This document shows, piece after piece, positions 27,397 to 36,536 of a stretch of 61,005 bases of DNA (position 1 is its first letter; every line of letters starts with the position of its first letter). The notes beneath the pieces are model-generated. The model worked only from the letters and a program-made list of their open reading frames with translations. It did not search any database and was not told where the DNA came from. The DNA comes from Paracoccaceae bacterium (lineage in GTDB: Bacteria; Pseudomonadota; Alphaproteobacteria; Rhodobacterales; Rhodobacteraceae): contig JAQWKM010000121.1 of NCBI GenBank assembly GCA_029247845.1, forward strand, positions 1 to 61,005, given 5' to 3'. Position numbers and translations under genes: made by a program.

Positions 27397-28875
27397 TCAC
27401 GGTACGCTGACAACTGGCATCAGGAATTCCTGAATATAGCCGGCGTAGAAAAATAAAATGATACAACCAAGTGCAGTCAGGGCGGGGGGCATCCAGACCA
27501 GCACTGGTCCTTCCGCAAATTCTGATTTAGCTGGCTCTTGATCTGTTGACAAGAAGAAGCCTCGGCCAATAAGTGGCATGAGATAGGCGACGTTCAGAAG
27601 TGAACTGACTAATAAAACGCCAATCATGATAAACTCATTGGCATCGGCGGCCCCTACGATCAAAAGCCACTTGCTCCAAGACCCGCCCAAGGGAGGTAGG
27701 CCGATGATTGATAAGGCCCCAATCAAAAACGCAATAAAGGTTATTGGCATTCGTCGGCCCAAACCGGTCATTTGGCTTATATTAGTTTTATGTGTGGCAA
27801 CATATATTGAGCCAGCACACATAAAGAGGGTGATCTTGCCCATAGCATGTGTAACCACATGCATGGCTCCGCCCAAAGCCCCCATAGAGCTTGCCAATGC
27901 AATCCCCAAAGTGATGTAGGACAATTGGCTAATCGTCGAATACGCAAGCCGCGCTTTTAAGTTATCTTTCGTCATTGCGACAACCGAGGCGGCAACAATT
28001 GAGAAGGCTGCGAGCCACATGAGCCAGACAGAAGCACCGCTGCTGGCCAGAAAATCAATGCCAAAAATATAGATACCCACTTTGAGCATCGTAAAGACGC
28101 CCGCCTTGACAACTGCAACGGCGTGCAAAAGCGCGCTAACGGGGGTCGGCGCGACCATCGCTGCCGGCAGCCACCGATGAAACGGCATCAAGGCTGCCTT
28201 ACCAATACCAAAGGCATAAAGTGCAAGCAGGATAGCGGCCATAGCATGTGAGACATGGCCCTCTAGAATACCGCCTTTTGTAAAGTCGAGCGTACCGGTA
28301 AGTGTGTAGGTCCAGATAACTGCAACCATTTGAAGGCAGATCGACGTACCCATCAATATGCCAAGATAGGTCCGCGCGCCTTTGATTGCGTCTGCTGTCC
28401 CTTTATGAGCTACCAGTGGATAGGTTGAGATTGTCAGTGCTTCATAAAATAAAAACAGCGTGAACATATTTGCCGCAAACGCTATTCCCATAACTGAGAA
28501 GATAGCAAAGCAGAAGCACGCAAAAAACCTTGCATGATCTTTCTCTTTATTGCCGCGCATATAGCCAATACCGTAAATATGCGTCACCATCCAGAGCCCT
28601 GAGCCCAGTATCGCAAAGAGCAGCCCAAGAGGTTCTACGTTAAACGCGATCGTCAATCCAGATAGGACCTCAATCAGGACAAATGTTTCGCTGACACCAT
28701 TGCCTTCGTTGGACAAAATGCACAAGACGGTTAGAAATGTTCCCAAAGCCGCAGCAAAGGTCAGGCTATCTCGCAAGTCTGGTCGGTTGCGCAAAACCAT
28801 ATTGATAATAACACCCAAAGCTGGGAGCAGCATGCTTAGATAAATGGCTGTCGAAGTTTCCATTAAACCGACCAT
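27397..28875 (-). CDS. mnhD: Monovalent cation/H+ antiporter subunit D family protein (D2; NuoM/N-like)
   Basis: It has 'FHRWLPAAMVAPTPVSALLHAVAVVKAGVF' and 'AYSTISQLSYI'. The length is 492 aa, with about 14 TM segments. Confidence 0.9.
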   Translation of the reverse strand: MVGLMETSTAIYLSMLLPALGVIINMVLRNRPDLRDSLTFAAALGTFLTVLCILSNEGNGVSETFVLIEVLSGLTIAFNVEPLGLLFAILGSGLWMVTHIYGIGYMRGNKEKDHARFFACFCFAIFSVMGIAFAANMFTLFLFYEALTISTYPLVAHKGTADAIKGARTYLGILMGTSICLQMVAVIWTYTLTGTLDFTKGGILEGHVSHAMAAILLALYAFGIGKAALMPFHRWLPAAMVAPTPVSALLHAVAVVKAGVFTMLKVGIYIFGIDFLASSGASVWLMWLAAFSIVAASVVAMTKDNLKARLAYSTISQLSYITLGIALASSMGALGGAMHVVTHAMGKITLFMCAGSIYVATHKTNISQMTGLGRRMPITFIAFLIGALSIIGLPPLGGSWSKWLLIVGAADANEFIMIGVLLVSSLLNVAYLMPLIGRGFFLSTDQEPAKSEFAEGPVLVWMPPALTALGCIILFFYAGYIQEFLMPVVSVP

Positions 28876-28876
28876 C

Positions 28877-30415
28877 TTAATGTAACCCGCTTGAGCCGGA
28901 CAGCAGGCCCGATGCCGCAGCTTTTGAGGCGCTCAGAGTGATATCCGTCGCAAACCCAAAATAGATTGTCGAAAGTGCCATTAAGCATAGAGGAATGAGC
29001 ATCGAAAGAGGAGCTTCTTTTGCTGTCACACCTTCTGTTGGCGCAGACAAATAGAGCGTTTCGATCATGCGCCACACATAGGCAACAGCAATGATTGAAG
29101 ATAGGACAATCAAAAATGCAAAACCCCACCAGCCGTTTTCAAATGCCGCCTGAACAAGTACCCATTTGCTCACAAACCCGGCCGTTCCGGGAATGCCGAC
29201 AAGAGACATACCACCAATCACCATGGCTGCGCTGGTCCAAGGCATGGTTTTGCCAAGGCCTTTGAGCTTTTCGTATGAGGTTGCTCCAACGGCAAAAACA
29301 AAGCAGCCCGCCCCCATGAAAAGAGCGGCTTTGGTAATGCCATGATTGAACAAATGAATAATTGTTGCGGTCAGCCCCGTGTGAGAAAAGAATCCAATCC
29401 CCAACAGCATATATCCAAGCTGAGCGACGCTGGAATGTGCCAACATCCGTTTGATGTCGCGCTGGTAAAAAGCTGAAATAGATGCGGCAAACATGGCAAT
29501 TAATGCAAACGGAATGATGACGGCTTCGAGTATTTTGATATCTGCCAAAAACTCTGGTTGAAACACGGTGAACATAAATCTTAGCAGCACATAGATCGCC
29601 ATTTTCGTCGCAGTTCCCGCAAGAAAGGCAGACACTGGCGAGGGGGCGTAAGTGTATGCATTTGGGAGCCATAGATGCAAAGGATAAATTGCTGCTTTCA
29701 GCCCGATTCCGACCACGATAAAGGCAAATGCGGCTCGAATTGTCCTACTGTCGCGTTGTTCGGAAATTCGCTCGGCAAGATCGGCCATATTAAGAGTGCC
29801 CGTCGCCATATAAAGAAAGCCAATACCGATCACAAAAAATGTTGCGCCGATCGTCCCCATGATCAAGTAGTTATAAGAAGCTGTGAGGGCACGTTTATCC
29901 CGATATGAACCTTGCGCAATAAGAACGTATGTCGACAGTGAGGAAATTTCAAGAAATACAAAAACATTGAACGCATCGCCAGTGATCACAACGCCCAAGA
30001 GCCCTGTGAGGCACAAAAGATACAGAGCGTAAAAGAGGGTGTGGTTCTTCTCAGGCACTTCTGCCTTCAAGCTGCCACGCGCATATGCAAGAACGACGCT
30101 GCTTATGGCTGATATCAGAAGTAGGACAAATGCATTGGCTGCATCCACTCTGTATTCAATGCCAAGGGGGGGTGCCCACCCGCCCATGTGATAAGAAATC
30201 TCGCTGCCGCCGATAACACGTTGCAGCAATAAAACTGAAATGACCAAGGATGCGAGGCTTGCTAGGAAAGCAATCGGCCACGCGAGCGAACGCACTCCGA
30301 TGAATACCATCAAAGGAGCTGCGACAAACGGAATGAGCACCTGCAAGGCCGGTAGCTGATCAGACAGAGTCAAAGCAATGTGATGAACCGGTTCAGAGCT
30401 TGTTGCAGAAGCCAT
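28877..30415 (-). CDS. mnhD: Monovalent cation/H+ antiporter subunit D family protein (D1; NuoM/N-like)
   Basis: It has 'PLHLWLPNAYTYAPSPVSAFLAGTATKMAIYVL' and 'LAHSSVAQLGYM'. The length is 512 aa. Confidence 0.9.
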   Translation of the reverse strand: MASATSSEPVHHIALTLSDQLPALQVLIPFVAAPLMVFIGVRSLAWPIAFLASLASLVISVLLLQRVIGGSEISYHMGGWAPPLGIEYRVDAANAFVLLLISAISSVVLAYARGSLKAEVPEKNHTLFYALYLLCLTGLLGVVITGDAFNVFVFLEISSLSTYVLIAQGSYRDKRALTASYNYLIMGTIGATFFVIGIGFLYMATGTLNMADLAERISEQRDSRTIRAAFAFIVVGIGLKAAIYPLHLWLPNAYTYAPSPVSAFLAGTATKMAIYVLLRFMFTVFQPEFLADIKILEAVIIPFALIAMFAASISAFYQRDIKRMLAHSSVAQLGYMLLGIGFFSHTGLTATIIHLFNHGITKAALFMGAGCFVFAVGATSYEKLKGLGKTMPWTSAAMVIGGMSLVGIPGTAGFVSKWVLVQAAFENGWWGFAFLIVLSSIIAVAYVWRMIETLYLSAPTEGVTAKEAPLSMLIPLCLMALSTIYFGFATDITLSASKAAASGLLSGSSGLH

Positions 30416-30858
30416 TAACTGTTGCCTCCTGATATCAGTTGATCACCATTGAGTTCAGCAAGAGAAATCTTAGTCTCTTGCTCGGCTATCTCGTGCTCTT
30501 CGATGGTATGATACTCTTCGCGGATCCTAATGATTAAGGCCAATCCAAGCGACGTCGTTGCAATGCCGACAACAATTGCTGTCAGAATCAGAACATGCGG
30601 TAGCGGATTTGAGTAGATCATTTCTGGATCAATTTTCATATCCATCGGAAAAATAGGCGCAGTACCGCCCTCAACTTTGCCAGTTGAAATATACAGCATG
30701 AACACAGATGTCTGAAATATATTCAGTCCAACAATTTTCTTCACCAGATTACCCTTTGCGATAACCACATAAAGCCCTGTCATCATTAATAAAATAAAGA
30801 ACCAGTAGTTCAAATGTCCAAGAATAAACTCAACTGTCATTTCTTCAAACATCACCAA
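30415..30858 (-). CDS. mnhC: Cation:proton antiporter subunit C (NuoK-like)
   Basis: It has three TM segments ('LNYWFFILLMMTGLYVVIA', 'GLNIFQTSVFMLYIS'). A hydrophilic C-terminal tail is present. Its stop overlaps the D1 start by 1 nt. Confidence 0.85.
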   Translation of the reverse strand: MVMFEEMTVEFILGHLNYWFFILLMMTGLYVVIAKGNLVKKIVGLNIFQTSVFMLYISTGKVEGGTAPIFPMDMKIDPEMIYSNPLPHVLILTAIVVGIATTSLGLALIIRIREEYHTIEEHEIAEQETKISLAELNGDQLISGGNS

Positions 30859-31292
30859 TCCTCGTCACTTAGGCTTGGGGCGCGTGCGGCAAATGCATAA
30901 TAAACGGCAACCATTACGCCGGTTACGGTTACGCCGACGCCAAGTTCGACGATCAGTATGCCAAGATGTTGGCCGTGAACGGGATGGTGCGGATCAATGG
31001 CTGCATAATCAAGGTAGCCATATCCGTAAAACAAGCTGTAAATGCCTGTTCCAGCATAAATCAAAACGCCCAGAGCCACCACTTTATGGACCAACCAAGG
31101 AGGAAACACTGCTTTTACTTTTTCAAGAGTGAAGACTATTCCGTAAATGATAAACCCAACGGCCATTATAACGCCGGCCTGAAAGCCACCGCCTGGAGAA
31201 TAGTCGCCGTGAAATTGCACATAGAGGGCAAACAAGAATATCGTTCCCACCAGAAGCTTAGTGATCACGCGCAGGATAAGGTGATGTCTCAT
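30852..31292 (-). CDS. mnhB: Na+/H+ antiporter subunit B (MnhB domain)
   Basis: It has the 'QFHGDYSPGGGFQAGVIMA' motif characteristic of MnhB. The length is 146 aa, with 4 TM segments. Confidence 0.88.
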   Translation of the reverse strand: MRHHLILRVITKLLVGTIFLFALYVQFHGDYSPGGGFQAGVIMAVGFIIYGIVFTLEKVKAVFPPWLVHKVVALGVLIYAGTGIYSLFYGYGYLDYAAIDPHHPVHGQHLGILIVELGVGVTVTGVMVAVYYAFAARAPSLSDEDW

Positions 31293-31828
31293 GTAGAGCC
31301 CCCTTCTTGATCCGGATCGTCTTCGTCTTCCTTGCGACGTCGACCAAGACCGCTCATGAGCATCAGCACTCCGATCCCAGCGGTAAAGACAACGGCCGTT
31401 TCACCTAAAGTGTCAAAACCCCGGTAGCTGGCCAAAATAGCGGTAACGGCATTTGGCACATCAATCTCTTTTGGAATACGCTCAAAATACTCTGGACCCA
31501 CATGAGTTTGCGCCGGTGCGTCTGGTGAGCCAAAATTGGGCATATCCAAAGTTCCATAGACCATTGCAGCACCCGCCACGACGACAGTCAACAGGGGAAC
31601 TATCTGGGTTTTTTTCTCACTGCGCTCAGATCTTGAGGTTAGGGCCAAAGTTCCTAGCATTAAAACCGTTGATATTCCAGCGCCAACAGCGGCTTCGGTA
31701 AACGCCACATCGACTGCGTCAAGAGTAACAAACAGCAAAGCCGAAAGGAGGCTGAAAACACCTGAAAGTGTCACAACGGCAAATAAGCTTCTAGTGCGAA
31801 CAACGGCAAGGGCCGTGATCACAAGCAT
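31289..31828 (-). CDS. DUF4040 / MbhD-like membrane protein (equivalent to the MrpA C-terminal or MrpB N-terminal module)
   Basis: It has 'DAVDVAFTEAAVGAGISTVLMLG' and 'TAILASYRGFDTLGE'. The tail 'RRRKEDEDDPDQEGG' is acidic. Confidence 0.8.
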   Translation of the reverse strand: MLVITALAVVRTRSLFAVVTLSGVFSLLSALLFVTLDAVDVAFTEAAVGAGISTVLMLGTLALTSRSERSEKKTQIVPLLTVVVAGAAMVYGTLDMPNFGSPDAPAQTHVGPEYFERIPKEIDVPNAVTAILASYRGFDTLGETAVVFTAGIGVLMLMSGLGRRRKEDEDDPDQEGGST

Positions 31829-31885
31829 AGCAAACAGACTTATTTCAGTTAAATTTGCGATTTCAGGCCTACCTTTTTACTATCA

Positions 31886-32248
31886 TTATGCATCAATCTC
31901 TTTTTCGCTTTCAATTTCAGCAGAATTTGGATGTGTTGCCAATGATTTAGGCCTAAGCCCGGATACTAGAGCTGCATTCGCCACCGCGTGTGTTGATGTT
32001 GGACCAGTAATGAACAAAAACAGTCCGATAATCATCAATTTGACGGTGATCAAGGTCAAACCTGCCTGAATGCACATGCCAGCAAGCAATAATATGACAC
32101 CACCGGACTCTGTCACCGAGGCTGCGTGCAGGCGCGCCCAAAAGTCTGGAAACCGTAGCATACCAATCGCACCAACTACGACAAAGAATGAACCAGATAT
32201 GATCAAAGTCCAACTTAGGATTTGCAAAAGAGTGTCCAAATTACTCAT
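31886..32248 (-). CDS. mnhG: Monovalent cation/H+ antiporter subunit G
   Basis: It has 'GAIGMLRFPDFWARLHAASVTESGG', the canonical MnhG motif. The length is 120 aa. Confidence 0.88.
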   Translation of the reverse strand: MSNLDTLLQILSWTLIISGSFFVVVGAIGMLRFPDFWARLHAASVTESGGVILLLAGMCIQAGLTLITVKLMIIGLFLFITGPTSTHAVANAALVSGLRPKSLATHPNSAEIESEKEIDA

Positions 32249-32541
32249 CTCTCTTCATCTTGTTGGGGTGGGCTCCACATTACGTCTCCGATGGCGCGAT
32301 AGCGAAAGAATTTCAAAATTGCTATTGTTCCAACAAAGTTAATAAGGGCGTAGAGCAACGCAATATCAAGAAAATCCGGGCGTCCATTCCAAAACCCGAC
32401 AACGCCTATCAGCAAAACAGTATGCGTCCCAAAAGAATTCACCGCAAGAACCCTGTCATATAGAGTGGGACCTTTGATCAGCCTGATTAAAACAAGGGCC
32501 ATAGCAATAAGTATGGCCAAAATTGCGATGGTATAAATCAT
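32245..32541 (-). CDS. mnhF: Monovalent cation/H+ antiporter subunit F
   Basis: The 98-aa product has 3 TM segments and 'LIKGPTLYDRVLAVNSFGT..LL'. It has 4-nt overlaps with both neighbouring genes. Confidence 0.85.
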   Translation of the reverse strand: MIYTIAILAILIAMALVLIRLIKGPTLYDRVLAVNSFGTHTVLLIGVVGFWNGRPDFLDIALLYALINFVGTIAILKFFRYRAIGDVMWSPPQQDEER

Positions 32542-33137
32542 GATGGCACTGCCAATTCGGTTGCGCTTATCCGAGTGTCCATATCAGCCAATGCATCCAT
32601 ATCATCTGCCGTATAGGAAACCGCATGAACCAAAAAATGGCCTGTTTCTGTCTCAACCGAAACAGTGCCTGGTGTCAGAGTTATCGAATTGGCAAATATC
32701 ACCTGCCCTAGATCCGTACGCTGGGTATAGGGCACTTCGAATAGGTTTTGACGGATGGGCATAGACGTCGAAAGTATCGTTTTTGTAACTGCTATGTTGG
32801 ACTTTGCAATCTCAACAAGAAGCCAAAAAAAGTAACCTAAGAATTTAATAGGGTTTAGTTCGATGGGTACTCTGTCCTCATCAACACTGTTCATACGATG
32901 CGTTATAAGAAGCACAAGGCAGATAGATGTCGCACCAAAGCCAATAATCATCGGTTTATAGATGCCTGACCAAAGCAGCCAAAGAGCACCTAAAAACAGG
33001 GCGTAAGCAATAAACCTCAATTTTGCCACCTTTGCATCAGCTTCTGTTTCCCAGTTCAAGGCTCTCAAAATTCGTTTAAATCCAGCCGACTTATATGAAC
33101 ATTTAACTAATCTGTACATATGAATTCTTAAACCCAT
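32538..33137 (-). CDS. mnhE: Na+/H+ antiporter subunit E (start uncertain; may begin at an internal GTG near 33028)
   Basis: It has 'IAKSNIAVTKTIL', 'ANSITLTPGTVSVE' and 'LVHAV', typical of MnhE. The N-terminal 35 or so aa of the track ORF look non-native. Confidence 0.8.
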   Translation of the reverse strand: MGLRIHMYRLVKCSYKSAGFKRILRALNWETEADAKVAKLRFIAYALFLGALWLLWSGIYKPMIIGFGATSICLVLLITHRMNSVDEDRVPIELNPIKFLGYFFWLLVEIAKSNIAVTKTILSTSMPIRQNLFEVPYTQRTDLGQVIFANSITLTPGTVSVETETGHFLVHAVSYTADDMDALADMDTRISATELAVPS

Positions 33138-33261
33138 AAAATATTGTTTTATACATTCACCTTTATTTGTATGAATGCGATTGAAGTGGCGTTATTTGAT
33201 GTTCTCAAATTTATACCAAATTAAGTTATTTCATTGATATAGATGCCCTGTCCTAATCAGA

Positions 33262-33699
33262 TTACAACTCAAGTTGCTGGCGTAAATCGCGCAAAGCTGG
33301 CAAGATGGCTTTCACCTTTTGAGTGCTAAGATCTTCAATTAACGTGGAAATAACTGGTGAAACTGATGCCAGAGCTTCATTGCGTGCCTCTTGTCCAGCT
33401 GAGCTAAGAGCGACTAACTTACGCCGAGCGTCTTCCCAATCTGGGCGGATATGTATGTAACCAGCTATTTCTAGTTTTGCCAGTGTATTGGTCATAGCGC
33501 CCCGCGTGACATGAAAACTTTTGGCAAGTTGGGCGGGTGTTCGTTCTGCATTTATATTGGCGAGCTGATTGAGAACGGCAAAATGCGATAGTTCCATTCC
33601 CTTTGGCAAAATTTTTGCCATCCTGTTCCTAAACAATTGATCTACAGTCAAAATTTCGCTGAATAGGGAAATTGCCAGATTACTGTTGTTGTCAGTCAT
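33262..33699 (-). CDS. MarR-family transcriptional regulator
   Basis: It has the wHTH motif 'TPAQLAKSFHVTRGAMTNTLAKLEIAGYIHIRPDWEDARRKLVALSSAG'. It lies directly upstream of, and co-directional with, the Mrp-like operon. Confidence 0.88.
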   Translation of the reverse strand: MTDNNSNLAISLFSEILTVDQLFRNRMAKILPKGMELSHFAVLNQLANINAERTPAQLAKSFHVTRGAMTNTLAKLEIAGYIHIRPDWEDARRKLVALSSAGQEARNEALASVSPVISTLIEDLSTQKVKAILPALRDLRQQLEL

Positions 33700-33724
33700 G
33701 CACTATCCGCTGTTTCTATGCTAC

Positions 33725-33759
33725 TAAAAAAGCGATGGCACAGGCATATGGCTTGTGTC
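33725..33759 (-). terminator. Candidate rho-independent terminator after the glutaredoxin gene
   Basis: On the minus strand, CACAAGC pairs with GCCTGTG (7 bp, 1 mismatch) around a 5-nt loop. It is followed by CCATCGCTTTTTT. Confidence 0.35.
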
Positions 33760-33827
33760 AACTTGTGCAAAAAGTAATTTGAAGGGCTATTTTGGCTAGA
33801 TATCCCCCTTTATCCAAGCCTTCAGAA

Positions 33828-34088
33828 TTATATTTTGCCTAATAAACCATCCAATTTGCCACAGTGCTCAAGATTGTAAAGCTCATTGCAGCCTCCAATA
33901 TGGGATCCAGCGATAAAGATTTGTGGGACAGTCCGCTTCCCATTCGCGCGCGATAGCATTTCGCTGCGTTTTTCGGGATGTGCGTTTATGTCGAACTCAG
34001 TGAAGTTAGCTCCCTTGGATTTTAAAAGGCGTTTGGCTGCGTAGCAAAAACCACATATCTGGGTGCTGTAAATCTCTATTTTAGCCAT
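33828..34088 (-). CDS. grxC: Glutaredoxin 3
   Basis: The 86-aa product has the active site 'CGFC'. It also has 'RTVPQIFI' and 'HIGGCNEL'. Confidence 0.9.
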   Translation of the reverse strand: MAKIEIYSTQICGFCYAAKRLLKSKGANFTEFDINAHPEKRSEMLSRANGKRTVPQIFIAGSHIGGCNELYNLEHCGKLDGLLGKI

Positions 34089-34120
34089 AATTTACCTCAG
34101 CAGGCTTAAAAATGATTACT

Positions 34121-34550
34121 CTAATGTTCGTGTATAGATCGAGCTAATACAGTTACATTCACACTCTTGCAACCTGTACTGATCAAAGTCTGAGTTGCGA
34201 AGCTAAGCATCCCGTCGATCAAATTGAGACTGGCCTTACATGCAAGAATATGTGCCACGAGAGCCGCTTGGTTGTAGTGTCTTGTCATACGGCGCTGCCA
34301 ATGCAGCGGAACGCAAGTGACCATGGGACCGTTTTCTATGAAATTTTTAGGTGCCGCGGCAAGCCATTGCCCAGTCGGTCTGGCGATGTTGGTTCGATCT
34401 CCATGATTGAGGGCAAGCACAAATTTGCGCTCTGATCGTTTGTAAAGAAGTGCTGAATGGCATTTCGCCCTGGAAAGGTCTGCAAATAGCAAAGTCACTT
34501 TCAACAATATTACCGCATAAACGACATCGTGTTAGATAGGTCATGTGCAA
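34121..34550 (-). pseudogene. comF: comF-family (phosphoribosyltransferase-type competence protein F) remnant: frameshifted and internally deleted
   Basis: The N-terminal 'CRLCG...FAIC' zinc-finger piece is in one frame (34347-34550). The 'LNHGDRTNIA...CVPLHWQRRMTRHYNQAALVAHILA' piece is in another frame (34121-34507). The PRTase 'DDVxTTGAT' region is absent, and the sequence jumps from 'ATQTL' straight to the C-terminal '...VNVTVLARS'. Confidence 0.75.
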
Positions 34551-34590
34551 AGCGTTTTGAAAGATGGTAGTTTTCGTCTATCTCTTGGTT

Positions 34591-35397
34591 ATGTCTGTTA
34601 CAAACGAACTTATTGATCGCTTCGCGGTGCTGCGAAACCGCGCCCGCTTTGACGTTGATCGCGGTCGGTTTTTGCATGATGAAGCAATTGTTGAAGCCAA
34701 GGATCGCCTCGCAATGGTTAATAAAAGCTTTACGAGTGTAGCTCTCATTACGGGTCACCCAGATCTTTGGTACTCAGCCTTTCCTCAAGCTACATTAATC
34801 AATGACACTGAAACCCTTAATTTGGTCCCGAGCACATTTGATTTGGTGATACATGCGATGGTTCTGCATTGGTCCAACGATCCACTTGGTCAAATGATAC
34901 AATGCAACCGCGCCCTCAGTCCGGACGGGCTTTTCCTTGGTGTTATGATGGGTGGGAAAACGCTGATTGAATTGCGCAGCGCCTTTGCTCAGGCTGAAGC
35001 GAAAATTACTGATGGCTTATCGCCCCGCGTATTACCTATGGCAGATATTCGTGATATTGGTGGCCTCCTACAGCGCGCCGGCTTTGCAATGCCAGTTGTG
35101 GACAGTGTGATTTTGCCTGTCAGTTATCAGACCCCCTTAAGTTTAATGCGTGACCTTCGTGATATGGGTGAGGCCAACGCTCAAACAGCGCGGTGCAAAC
35201 ACTTTACGGCTCGGTCCTTAATCGAGGAAACTATAAAAGAATATTCTCGAAATTATTCTAAAAATGACGACCGGGTAGGGGCGACCTTTGAGCAGTTCTG
35301 GCTGGCAGGTTGGGCCCCAAGCGAGTCTCAACCCAAACCCTTGAGCCCAGGCTCGGCAAAAATGCATCTTTCTGACGCGCTAAACGTCATGGAATAG
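34591..35397 (+). CDS. SAM-dependent methyltransferase (conserved alphaproteobacterial partner divergent from comF-grxC)
   Basis: It has 'LVIHAMVLHWSNDPLGQMIQCNRALSPDGLFLGVMMGGKTLIELR'. The likely start is 'MSVTNELIDRFAVLRNRAR' at 34591. The track ORF starts at 34564. Confidence 0.75.
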   Translation: MSVTNELIDRFAVLRNRARFDVDRGRFLHDEAIVEAKDRLAMVNKSFTSVALITGHPDLWYSAFPQATLINDTETLNLVPSTFDLVIHAMVLHWSNDPLGQMIQCNRALSPDGLFLGVMMGGKTLIELRSAFAQAEAKITDGLSPRVLPMADIRDIGGLLQRAGFAMPVVDSVILPVSYQTPLSLMRDLRDMGEANAQTARCKHFTARSLIEETIKEYSRNYSKNDDRVGATFEQFWLAGWAPSESQPKPLSPGSAKMHLSDALNVME

Positions 35398-35423
35398 CCA
35401 ACAAAATATTGACGAATTCGCAA

Positions 35424-36533
35424 ATGGCCTTACATACATCCAAATTACTGTTTATGATGGACTTTATGATGTTAGACGCCACAAGCCTCGCTAGTAGGCC
35501 TACACATGCAGCTACTGACCATCCAATCGTGCCCGGCGCCAAAGTCGGGGTTTTGATTGCAAACCTTGGTACGCCTGACAATTATGACTATTGGTCGATG
35601 CGGCGTTACCTTGGAGAATTCCTATCGGATCGACGCGTCATTGATTATTCGCCCTGGCTCTGGCAACCACTCTTGCAGCTGGTGATCTTGACCTCACGGC
35701 CATTTCGCTCAGGCGCGGCGTATAAGTCTATCTGGAATAACGAAGATGGCGAAAGCCCTCTGATGACGATTACAAAACAGCAACATGCTGAAATTAAGAA
35801 GACAATGCAGGATCGTTATGGAAATCGAGTAATGGTTCATTACTGCATGCGCTATGGAAATCCATCCACAGAGTCAAAAGTTAAAGCAATGGTCGAAGCG
35901 GGATGTAGAAAGATTTTATTCTTTCCGCTCTACCCTCAGTATTCTGGGGCAACAACTGCGACGGCCAATGACGAGTTTTTTCGCTCATTAATGAATGCTA
36001 AATGGCAACCCTCTTCTCGGACTGTACCAGCTTACTTTGACCAAAAAATCTACATAGATGCCTTGGCACAATCTGTCGAGCGCGCTTATGTAGGATCGGT
36101 AAAAAAGCCTGATATTTTGGTTTGCTCGTATCATGGCGTGCCGCAACGCTATCTGATGGAGGGTGACCCCTATCACTGCCAATGTCAGAAAACGACACGC
36201 CTTTTAAAAGAGCGATTAGGGTGGCAGGATTCAGAGATTGTCACGACCTTCCAATCAAAATTTGGCCCGGAAGAATGGTTAAAGCCTTACACAGTCGAAG
36301 AAGTTGCAAGGCTTGCAGAGGAAGATGGCAAAAAGCATATCGCTGTAATTGCACCAGCCTTTTCATCGGATTGCATAGAAACACTCGAAGAAATTAATGA
36401 AGAAATCAAAGAGAGTTTTGAAGAGGGTGGCGGCGAAATCTTCACCTACATTCCATGTTTAAATGCCGATAAAGCACATATCAATGCTTTGAGTTCTATC
36501 ATTGAAGACAACTTGAAAGGTTGGCTTGATTAA
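35424..36533 (+). CDS. hemH: Ferrochelatase
   Basis: It has 'VGVLIANLGTPD', 'FFPLYPQYSGATT', 'VCSYHGVPQRY' and 'FQSKFGPEEWLKPYT'. The start is ambiguous (TTG 35409, ATG 35424, or ATG 35454-35469). Confidence 0.92.
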   Translation: MALHTSKLLFMMDFMMLDATSLASRPTHAATDHPIVPGAKVGVLIANLGTPDNYDYWSMRRYLGEFLSDRRVIDYSPWLWQPLLQLVILTSRPFRSGAAYKSIWNNEDGESPLMTITKQQHAEIKKTMQDRYGNRVMVHYCMRYGNPSTESKVKAMVEAGCRKILFFPLYPQYSGATTATANDEFFRSLMNAKWQPSSRTVPAYFDQKIYIDALAQSVERAYVGSVKKPDILVCSYHGVPQRYLMEGDPYHCQCQKTTRLLKERLGWQDSEIVTTFQSKFGPEEWLKPYTVEEVARLAEEDGKKHIAVIAPAFSSDCIETLEEINEEIKESFEEGGGEIFTYIPCLNADKAHINALSSIIEDNLKGWLD

Positions 36534-36536
36534 GCT

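Noticed and set aside
29139-29672. 177-aa ORF in an alternative frame inside the D1 antiporter subunit gene
   Set aside because: It is on the same strand but out of frame with a clear Proton_antipo_M protein. It is Cys/Arg-rich nonsense.
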